A stretch of DNA of 24,496 nucleotides from a virus (taxonomy: Duplodnaviria > Caudoviricetes), in IMG/VR virus record IMGVR_UViG_3300005713_000015, positions 1 to 24,496 of that record; one strand, given 5' to 3'. This document shows positions 8,414 to 14,911 of this stretch, piece after piece; position 1 is the stretch's first letter; every line of letters begins with the position of its first letter. The position numbers and the translations under genes were made by a program. Below the pieces are notes generated by a model. The model was given only the letters and a program-made list of their open reading frames with translations. It did no database searches and had not been told where the DNA came from.

Positions 8414-8634
8414 AAAACAATATATGACTGTCGCTTCCGAGGGCTCTTGCGGCCTGTGGTGGGGCCGCGCTCGATGGCGATGACGCCGCGCCTCAGGAGC
8501 TTCTTAAGCACCGGGTCTTGCTTGGTCAGCAGTTGCCACTTGTTGTTCACGGCGATTTTGCCGTGCTCCAGCAGGTAGCGGAGCAGAAACTTTCGGCGCT
8601 CGGTGCTGTTGTGGCCTTCTGGCATTGGCGTCAT
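8404..8634 (-). CDS. small basic protein; stop codon lies inside tRNA-Leu(TAA)
   Basis: GAGGAAGCCATG start; fills the whole inter-tRNA gap. Confidence 0.65.
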   Translation of the reverse strand: MTPMPEGHNSTERRKFLLRYLLEHGKIAVNNKWQLLTKQDPVLKKLLRRGVIAIERGPTTGRKSPRKRQSYIVLRA

Positions 8635-8649
8635 GGCTTCCTCGGAAAT

Positions 8650-8723
8650 TGGAGAAGTGGACGGGATTTTAACCCGCCTCCCTGGCTTTGCAGGCCAGTG
8701 CATAGTCACTCTGCCACCACCTC
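8650..8723 (-). tRNA. trnC: tRNA-Cys(GCA)
   Basis: CTGGC-CTGCAAA-GCCAG, U73, atypical T-loop TTAAAAT. Confidence 0.88.
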
Positions 8724-8727
8724 TTTC

Positions 8728-8803
8728 TGGCGATCCCGGCACGACTCGAACGTGCACGCTTCAGATTCGTAGTCTGATGCTCTATCCATTGAGCTACGGG
8801 ACC
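8728..8803 (-). tRNA. trnR: tRNA-Arg(ACG)
   Basis: TCAGA-CTACGAA-TCTGA, GCCA. Confidence 0.95.
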
Positions 8804-8823
8804 TATTCGGTTGTCAAAGAACA
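8804..8823 (-). promoter_or_regulatory. rrn-type boxA antitermination element
   Basis: TGTTCTTTGACAACCGAATA fills the spacer between two tRNAs. Confidence 0.7.
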
Positions 8824-8825
8824 CT

Positions 8826-8902
8826 TGGTGCTCGAAGGGAGATTCGAACTCCCACTGGCGGCGACCTCAACGCCGTGCCTCTACCGGTTGGGCTATTCGA
8901 GC
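8826..8902 (-). tRNA. trnL: tRNA-Leu(GAG), short variable loop
   Basis: CGGCG-TTGAGGT-CGCCG, ACCA. Confidence 0.93.
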
Positions 8903-9144
8903 GAATTCTGAACGACTTCCTTGTCTCTCTGTCTCTGGCGGGAATTGTTCCGCCATTTCATGAGCGATCGATATGATTTCGCCTGGGGCTGCATGTCCTG
9001 TTCATCCTTGAGGATCAGCTTTCCCCACATCTTCTTCCAGGCGCTCACGAGGCCGCGCTTCTCACGCATCGCCGTCTTATATTGGCGCGTCACCTCGCCG
9101 GGCAGATAGCGGTGCATATGGCGCTTGTGCTCGTTATGGGCCAT
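8893..9144 (-). CDS. small basic protein; stop codon lies inside tRNA-Leu(GAG)
   Basis: GGGGTGAAGCCATG start; Lys/Arg-rich. Confidence 0.65.
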   Translation of the reverse strand: MAHNEHKRHMHRYLPGEVTRQYKTAMREKRGLVSAWKKMWGKLILKDEQDMQPQAKSYRSLMKWRNNSRQRQRDKEVVQNSLE

Positions 9145-9148
9145 GGCT

Positions 9149-9391
9149 TCACCCCTTGGTAGATGCGAATCCCTTGCGGTCCATCCGCTGCTTTTCCTTC
9201 AGCTCTTCACCCGTCACGGTAAAGGGCCACATCGCGGTGACTTCCCACTCGACGCCGGGCTCGTTGGTGTCCGGCAACTTCATGCGCCAGCCGATCTTGG
9301 CGGCCTCAGCATCGATCCAGCCGACTGTCTTGCGCTGCGTAAGCGCGCCGCCGTCGCCGACTTGGGTGAGTTCACATTGGCGGTAGTTCAT
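9149..9391 (-). CDS. hypothetical phage protein
   Basis: GAGTGAAGCCATG start just after the tRNA CCA. Confidence 0.7.
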   Translation of the reverse strand: MNYRQCELTQVGDGGALTQRKTVGWIDAEAAKIGWRMKLPDTNEPGVEWEVTAMWPFTVTGEELKEKQRMDRKGFASTKG

Positions 9392-9407
9392 GGCTTCACT
9401 CGCAAAT

Positions 9408-9485
9408 TGGTGCCCCTAGCTGGATTCGAACCAGCACAACTCCTGCTTCTGAGGCAGGCGACTTTACCAATTTGCCCATAGGGGC
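9408..9485 (-). tRNA. trnL: tRNA-Leu(CAG), short variable loop
   Basis: CCTGC-CTCAGAA-GCAGG, ACCA. Confidence 0.93.
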
Positions 9486-9522
9486 GATGCTATGATTCAA
9501 GGAAAAGGGATGACGGGCCGGG

Positions 9523-9573
9523 CTACCGGCGATATCGCAATCGTAGAAGGAGGGGGCGACATATCATCATCAT
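9523..9573 (-). CDS. putative leaderless leader peptide MMMICRPLLLRLRYRR
   Basis: First ATG sits at the predicted +1; codons match the downstream tRNA set. Confidence 0.55.
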   Translation of the reverse strand: MMMICRPLLLRLRYRR

Positions 9574-9579
9574 GTGTCC

Positions 9580-9608
9580 GATGTAGTCGCCCCCTGGTCT
9601 AATGTCAA
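9580..9608 (-). promoter_or_regulatory. sigma70-type promoter of the minus-strand tRNA operon
   Basis: TTGACA-17 bp-TACATC, then 6 nt to the ATG. Confidence 0.65.
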
Positions 9609-9976
9609 TAGCGCAGTTCGCGCAATCTGCGCTTATATGCGGCTTCGATGCAGGTCTCTCGTCCGCCACAGGCATCACGGTTTCGGAGCCAGCGGCGCTG
9701 CTCTCGTTCCGTGGTGTCGCCGCGCCGAAGCGCCCGGCCATAGACATGTTCCATCTGGTCATCGAGACGGCGAAGGTCGCGGCTGTCGCAGATCATCGCT
9801 TCTGTTGGGGTGCTGATGGCGCGGCAGTTGAAGCTCTGCGCCTTGACCTCCGTTGTGGAGCCGAAGATGGCGAGCGCGACGGCGAGGACGACGGCGGCAA
9901 TGGAGGCACCGATCAGGGCCTTAAGCCACCACGGCCAGGGCTCCTTTGGGCGATCATACGGGTTTGGTTGTGCCAT
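9605..9976 (-). CDS. LprI-like (lysozyme-inhibitor family) exported or membrane-anchored protein
   Basis: N-terminal hydrophobic segment; SFNC..TPTEAMIC..L..LD..Y..EQRRWL..RDAC....CIEAAY..R..EL pattern. Confidence 0.75.
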   Translation of the reverse strand: MAQPNPYDRPKEPWPWWLKALIGASIAAVVLAVALAIFGSTTEVKAQSFNCRAISTPTEAMICDSRDLRRLDDQMEHVYGRALRRGDTTEREQRRWLRNRDACGGRETCIEAAYKRRLRELRY

Positions 9977-10388
9977 AACGGTTCCTTTCTGATGATTTCT
10001 TCTTCCGAGGTGTGGAGCGCCAGACGTCCTGGAAGGCGAAGGCGCGGTCTAAAGCGTCTGAAGCGACGCGGAGGATGTTGCGGGTTAGCGGCCGGCCGTG
10101 GTCGGCCACTTTGAGTGTGAGCCTGAGCGCTTCGATTAAGTCAGCGGTAACGGCCTCTCGTTCCCTGTCTTTATCGTCAAGCTTGGTCTGGTAGGCTTCG
10201 TGCTCTTTGATCCAGGTATTGACTCCCCATTTGGGGTCATCTGGGGAAGGAAGGCTCCAGGGGCTAGGGGCTTTGCAAGCCCATCCCCTGTCGCAATAAT
10301 AGCCGGCCGCGCCGCCATCCACCACCATGCTGCCGAACCCGCAATAGGGGCAGGGCTTGCCGAGTTCTAAGAGCGGCGCGTCGGTCAT
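9954..10388 (-). CDS. hypothetical protein with N-terminal Zn-ribbon-like motif
   Basis: CPYCG...YYCD...C; ATGA overlap. Confidence 0.6.
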   Translation of the reverse strand: MTDAPLLELGKPCPYCGFGSMVVDGGAAGYYCDRGWACKAPSPWSLPSPDDPKWGVNTWIKEHEAYQTKLDDKDREREAVTADLIEALRLTLKVADHGRPLTRNILRVASDALDRAFAFQDVWRSTPRKKKSSERNRYGTTKPV

Positions 10389-10609
10389 TGGCCGTTGGCC
10401 TTCTGCATGATTTCGTAGGCGAGCTTGCGGATGTCGTCACGCTCTTTGAGTAGGTCCATGATGATGTAATAGGCATCATGGTAGAGGTTGCGGACGGACT
10501 TGCCCGCATCCCCCATGGCTTTGATGCGCTCGTACTCGTCTCGCGCCTTTAAGTCGAGCGCCAAGAGAGTCGTGTTGAGCTTCAGTCTCTTCGCCTCGAC
10601 TTCGTTCAT
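10385..10609 (-). CDS. hypothetical protein
   Basis: GGAGTAAGCCATG start. Confidence 0.7.
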   Translation of the reverse strand: MNEVEAKRLKLNTTLLALDLKARDEYERIKAMGDAGKSVRNLYHDAYYIIMDLLKERDDIRKLAYEIMQKANGQ

Positions 10610-10612
10610 GGC

Positions 10613-10804
10613 TTACTCCGTCTGGTTGCGCGGGCGCGGCGCCTCATACTGGCACAGCGGATAGCACTTGGTGTATTTCCGCTTCGGAGCGCAGCAAGAC
10701 TGAGCGTTGGCGGAGTGCGAGCCAAATGTCAGCAGGAAGATGACGAGGCCGGCGGCGAGGAAAGCGGCGATGTAGCCGACAACTGTGAGAAGATCGATTT
10801 TCAT
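10613..10804 (-). CDS. small membrane or secreted Cys-rich protein
   Basis: AAGGAAAAAGCCATG start; TM helix then CC..C..C. Confidence 0.65.
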   Translation of the reverse strand: MKIDLLTVVGYIAAFLAAGLVIFLLTFGSHSANAQSCCAPKRKYTKCYPLCQYEAPRPRNQTE

Positions 10805-10831
10805 GGCTTTTTCCTTGGTCAATCAGTCATT

Positions 10832-10921
10832 TGGCGGAAGGGGTGGGATTCGAACCCACGGAACATTTCTGCCCCCTAGTTTTCAAGACTAGTGCCTTAA
10901 ACCGGACTCGGCCACCCTTCC
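10832..10921 (-). tRNA. trnS: tRNA-Ser(TGA)
   Basis: CTAGT-CTTGAAA-ACTAG, long variable arm, GCCA. Confidence 0.96.
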
Positions 10922-10928
10922 ACATGCG

Positions 10929-10957
10929 AACATAGCCAATGGTCTAGGCTATATCAA
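10929..10957 (-). promoter_or_regulatory. sigma70-type promoter for the tRNA-Ser unit
   Basis: TTGATA-17 bp-TATGTT, 7 nt before the tRNA. Confidence 0.6.
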
Positions 10958-10969
10958 GAGCTAGCTGGT

Positions 10970-11548
10970 CTAGCCCTCAGAGCCATAGGCTTGCCGCCGC
11001 GCTTCCCGCTCCGCGTCGATCGCGCTCTTGATGGCGTCCACCGTACCGGGCGCTGCGGCGTTGATGGCGCCAGCCCAATCGACTTCGCCGGTCTCGCGCA
11101 GAGTCGTCAGCACGGCGAGGCCGGCCGCGCGCCGCGTGGCATCGGGAAGCGCGTCGAAGTGCTTGCGTACATCCTCCCAGTCATACCTGTCGTCGTCGAG
11201 AACGTCCGTCATGTAGAACAGTTCACGGCCATCCTCGTAGCTGATGCCCAGCCATTTGGCGGCGGCGGATTCGTCTGAAAACCGGTCATACCAGTAGGAA
11301 TACCCGCTATCTGTCTTCTTCACCTCTTTCCAGTCGATGCCGTCTTCTTCCATGCGGATGAGGTTGACTGTCCCGGCGAGGCAGAAGGCCGTGTGGCACT
11401 CGATATAACGCTGCGGGCGGAAGCGGTGATCGCTGGCTTCCAGCACGGCATCTGGCGTGTGCTCGCAGAAAGTGAGCATGCGCAGATGCTTGCCGCTGTC
11501 GGCTTCGAGTCTGGCGATGAGTTTGTTGATATTGACATCGTTTGTCAT
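10970..11548 (-). CDS. hypothetical phage protein
   Basis: AAGGAGCAAGCCATG start; ECHTAFCLAG and AAKWLGIS....LFY motifs. Confidence 0.8.
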   Translation of the reverse strand: MTNDVNINKLIARLEADSGKHLRMLTFCEHTPDAVLEASDHRFRPQRYIECHTAFCLAGTVNLIRMEEDGIDWKEVKKTDSGYSYWYDRFSDESAAAKWLGISYEDGRELFYMTDVLDDDRYDWEDVRKHFDALPDATRRAAGLAVLTTLRETGEVDWAGAINAAAPGTVDAIKSAIDAEREARRQAYGSEG

Positions 11549-11571
11549 GGCTTGCTCCTTGTGATGCAGGA

Positions 11572-11600
11572 GAGGTGTGGTCCAGTGGACCGAACGTCAA
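11572..11600 (-). promoter_or_regulatory. leftward promoter with a palindromic operator in its spacer
   Basis: TTGACG-17 bp-CACCTC; GGTCCAGTGGACC at 11579-11591. Confidence 0.55.
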
Positions 11601-11619
11601 GGTCGCCACTCATTTTTGT

Positions 11620-11648
11620 TTGACGCAGAATCAGAATCACCGCATAAC
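11620..11648 (+). promoter_or_regulatory. rightward promoter toward the capsid gene
   Basis: TTGACG-17 bp-CATAAC, back-to-back with the leftward promoter. Confidence 0.55.
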
Positions 11649-11905
11649 CAAAACCCATAACCGCAACATCTTGTGTTAGCGCGTTATGGGGAAGCCAAGC
11701 CCTAGTAGAGCAGCCCAAGCCCGTTTTCGTGCAAGCCAGCTCCTAGCGCCTGATCTCCATAGCCAAGGTGATGACGCTCGGGTTGAGCCCCGTCAACAGC
11801 TCCCATTGCTCCCAGCGCCCCGATGGCAATACGGGCGTCTGCTCGTCACCGCACCGACGTTAAAGGCGCGAATTCCCAATCTCAACAATTAGGATTCGAC
11901 GCACC

Positions 11906-12979
11906 ATGTCGTACACCAGCTTTGCTGTGAACGACGCCTTTGCGGTCAAGCTCTGGAGCAATATGCTCGTTGTAGCTGAGCGTGAGGCGCTCGACATCGC
12001 GCCACTGATCGGCAGCGATGACAACTCCATCATCCAGATGAAGACTGAAACCAGCAAGGGCGCTGGCGATCAGGTCACATTTGGTCTGCGCGCCCGTCTG
12101 ACCGGCGACGGTATCACTTCCTCAATGGTTGCTGAAGGTAACGGCGAAGCGCTGTCGATCTACAGCGATGCCGTTGTCATCAATGAGCTTGGCCATAACG
12201 TTGGCGTCAAGTCTCAGAACACCATCGATCAGCAGCGCGTGCCGTTTGATCTGCGCGTCCAGGCCCGTGACGGCCTCGGCGAATGGTGGGCAGACCGCAA
12301 GAGCATCAGCTTCTTCAATCAGGTCTGCGGCTACACCCCGCAGGTGGACACCCGCTATACCGGCCTCAACGCCGCTGTGGCGCCGTCCTCAGGTCGCAAG
12401 ATCATCGCCGGCACCGGCACCAATGATCAGGACATCACCTCCGCTGACACCTTCACCCTGAACCTGATCGATCAGGCCGTGGAAGTGGCGAAGGTCGGCA
12501 ACAACATGGTTCGCCCGATCCGTATCGGCGGCCAGCCGAAATACGTGATGTACCTGCATCCGTATCAGGTCACCTCACTGCGCACCAACTCGGCATCTGG
12601 CCAGTGGCTGGATATCCAGAAGGCGGCAATGTCAGGCGGCCAGATCACCAACAACCCGATCTATACCGGCGCGCTTGGTGAATACAACGGCGTCATTCTG
12701 CGCCAGTCACAGGACGTCACTCAGGGCGTGAACAGCTCTTCGGGTGCGGCCATCACCACTGTCCGCCGCGCGGTCCTGCTCGGCGCTCAGGCAGCAGTCA
12801 TCGGCTATGGTCAGGCCAATTACGGCCCGACGAAGTACCGCTGGAATGAAGAACTTCTCGACCACAAGCGCCTGCTCGAAGTCTCGGCATGGTGCATCTG
12901 GGGCATGAAGAAGGTCCGCTTCAACTCAGCCGACTTCGGCACGGTTGTGGTTTCGACCTACGCTGTGGCTGCCAGCTAA
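11906..12979 (+). CDS. major capsid protein (DUF4043 / N4-gp56-like)
   Basis: AVKLWS, GDQVTFGLR, EGNGEAL, QQRVPFDLR, YVMYLHPYQ..SLR, NNPIYTGALGEYNGVIL, LLGAQA, GMKKVRFN.DFG. Confidence 0.93.
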   Translation: MSYTSFAVNDAFAVKLWSNMLVVAEREALDIAPLIGSDDNSIIQMKTETSKGAGDQVTFGLRARLTGDGITSSMVAEGNGEALSIYSDAVVINELGHNVGVKSQNTIDQQRVPFDLRVQARDGLGEWWADRKSISFFNQVCGYTPQVDTRYTGLNAAVAPSSGRKIIAGTGTNDQDITSADTFTLNLIDQAVEVAKVGNNMVRPIRIGGQPKYVMYLHPYQVTSLRTNSASGQWLDIQKAAMSGGQITNNPIYTGALGEYNGVILRQSQDVTQGVNSSSGAAITTVRRAVLLGAQAAVIGYGQANYGPTKYRWNEELLDHKRLLEVSAWCIWGMKKVRFNSADFGTVVVSTYAVAAS

Positions 12980-12994
12980 GAGGAGGGCTGATAT

Positions 12995-13387
12995 ATGCCT
13001 ACCAATACTGCTGGTACAACTGCACGTCAGCTTTCGACGCAGCAGGTCCACTATCTCCGCAAGCGCATTCTCGGCTCTGCCGGCAATGCGACCTATACCA
13101 TCGGCACGCTGCCGGTCGGTGCCAACGTCCTGCGCATCAGCATGCTGACTCGCGTGGTGATGAACGGGTCATCCACGATCAGCTTCGGCACCTCTGGGTC
13201 TCCGGCCGCGTTCTTCGCTGCCGCAACCAGCGGCACGCAGACGCTGGGGCGCACTCAGGTCACTCTGCTCGGTAGCGCGCTGCTCGGGGCCGATGTGGAT
13301 ACCGTCGTTGTTGCGGTCATCGCTGGCACGCCGTCAGCGGGTACGCTCGATGTTGAAGTTGAGTTCACCGTCGATAACGACAGCTAA
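12995..13387 (+). CDS. putative capsid decoration/cement protein
   Basis: AGAGGAGG RBS; beta-rich IGTLPVGANVL; directly follows the capsid gene. Confidence 0.6.
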   Translation: MPTNTAGTTARQLSTQQVHYLRKRILGSAGNATYTIGTLPVGANVLRISMLTRVVMNGSSTISFGTSGSPAAFFAAATSGTQTLGRTQVTLLGSALLGADVDTVVVAVIAGTPSAGTLDVEVEFTVDNDS

Positions 13388-13441
13388 AAACGGCAGGGAT
13401 GAGCGAGATGGGCGCTCATCCCCCCACTCGGAGCAACGGAT

Positions 13442-13849
13442 ATGCCTACTGGCCGCTTTGGCATTTGGGACGAACACCGCAATCAGCAGTTTAACTACTA
13501 TGTGCGCGGCGCTGAGATTCAGACTGGCACAGCATCGTCCGGCGCGGTGACGTTCAATTTCCCAATCGGGAAGATCACCACTGAAGCCCTCACCACGGCT
13601 CAGAACGCCACCTATACCTTGACGATTACCGATAGCCGCATCTTTGCGGCCGACATTGTCGCCGCCAGCCTTGCGAATGGCACCAATACGCAGGGTACGC
13701 CCATGATCACCCGCATCACGCCGGCTAACGGCTCGGTGGTGATCCTGGTCAAGAATATGCACGACTCTGCGCAGGCGCTGAACGGAACACTCGTGATTTC
13801 TTTCTGGGTTGTTGCGCGTGCCGTCATCGCTGGCGTGCCGAGCACCTAA
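13442..13849 (+). CDS. putative virion structural protein
   Basis: GGAG RBS; Thr-rich beta-strand composition. Confidence 0.65.
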   Translation: MPTGRFGIWDEHRNQQFNYYVRGAEIQTGTASSGAVTFNFPIGKITTEALTTAQNATYTLTITDSRIFAADIVAASLANGTNTQGTPMITRITPANGSVVILVKNMHDSAQALNGTLVISFWVVARAVIAGVPST

Positions 13850-13863
13850 GATTTCCTCTAAGC

Positions 13864-13911
13864 CCGGCCGTTTGAGCGTTAGCTAAGGAACACAAGCGGC
13901 CGGATTTCTTT
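13864..13911 (+). terminator. putative intrinsic terminator after the capsid block
   Basis: CCGGCCGTTTG/CAAGCGGCCGG stem followed by ATTTCTTT. Confidence 0.55.
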
Positions 13912-13967
13912 CAACTTTTCAAGGCTAGATGGGGGCTTTGATGTGTATCGCATGGAGAGAATTTGCG

Positions 13968-14492
13968 ATGCCCAACAATACCGGCGCCATCGGCCCGTGG
14001 CGCGTCCACGAAAATCAAGCCCTTCACTGCAAAGAACTCTGGATTGACGGGGTTCGTTTTGTCCCTTTCACGCTGACTGGCTCGTTCTCTGACAACTACG
14101 TTGTGCGCGGCGATGGCCCCAGCGCCCTGCAAAGCTCATCCCTGCAAATCTGGGATGAGGTGACCATCACCACCACGGACGCCACACAGACCACCATCGC
14201 CACCATGCCGGTTCCGACCGATACCATGATGTCGCTCCAGGCTGCCGTCAAGGGCATGCGCACGGGCGGTAGCTCTGGCTCGGTTGGAGATGCGGCAAGC
14301 TATGGCATCCATGCCGGCGTGATCAATACGGGCGGCACCGCGCGTATCGTGGGCCAGAATAGCACCCTCAATGCCGAAGACCAAGCGGCCTGGGGCGCGA
14401 CATTCACCGCGTCGGGTGGCAATGTTCTGCTGCGCGTGACCGGCGCGGTGAACAATACCATTGCGTGGTTCGCCACCGTGAGTGCGAGCTGA
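13968..14492 (+). CDS. putative structural protein (TTDAT domain)
   Basis: GGAGAG RBS before ATG 13968; TGATG coupling. Confidence 0.7.
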   Translation: MPNNTGAIGPWRVHENQALHCKELWIDGVRFVPFTLTGSFSDNYVVRGDGPSALQSSSLQIWDEVTITTTDATQTTIATMPVPTDTMMSLQAAVKGMRTGGSSGSVGDAASYGIHAGVINTGGTARIVGQNSTLNAEDQAAWGATFTASGGNVLLRVTGAVNNTIAWFATVSAS

Positions 14493-14911
14493 TGGCGCGC
14501 CTCTCCCGAACCATGAACGCCGCGCAGGGCGCCTATAACGAATACATGCTCGATGAGTTTATCACCACCGATGCAACGCCGGTTGTGATCCATCAGAGCA
14601 GTGTCGGTATCGTGCCGCCGCGCACCATCGTGCGTATCGACGTGACCTGCCTCATCCGCAACGCGGCCAACACCCTCGGCGCCACCATGCGCAGCGAAGC
14701 GTGCTTTGCCCGGCCGGCTGATGGCGGCGCGCTGCGCACCGTTGGCGCGCCCATCGAACGGTTCATCGGCGACATGAGCCCCGAGGGCATCGACATCATG
14801 TACGCCGTCGATGGCAATGTGGTGACGGTCTGGGTGCGCGGCCCGGTCGGATCGACGCTCAACTGGAATACATGGCTCACTGCCTTCCGCAATCAGGGGA
14901 TTGCGAGCTGA
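14492..14911 (+). CDS. putative structural protein, paralogous to the previous gene
   Basis: TGATG coupling; shared TTDAT and GNV..V.G...T..W motifs. Confidence 0.7.
   Translation: MARLSRTMNAAQGAYNEYMLDEFITTDATPVVIHQSSVGIVPPRTIVRIDVTCLIRNAANTLGATMRSEACFARPADGGALRTVGAPIERFIGDMSPEGIDIMYAVDGNVVTVWVRGPVGSTLNWNTWLTAFRNQGIAS

Noticed and set aside
6707-8911. ORF-track calls running through tRNAs (6707-6916, 7719-7937, 8603-8911 and extended N-termini)
   Set aside because: They overlap clear tRNA cloverleafs; better starts follow RBS/AAGCCATG
9574-9762. 79-aa version of the leader ORF (9523-9762)
   Set aside because: The upstream part overlaps the LprI-like gene in another frame and crosses the promoter; only the last 16 codons were kept
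6677-10921. tRNAs as prophage att sites or suppressor tRNAs
   Set aside because: No duplicated tRNA 3' fragment or integrase in the window; TAA and TGA anticodons read Leu and Ser codons, not stops, and genes end at standard stops
11686-11892. 68-aa ORF upstream of the capsid gene
   Set aside because: No RBS and atypical composition; the region is better explained as a structured leader
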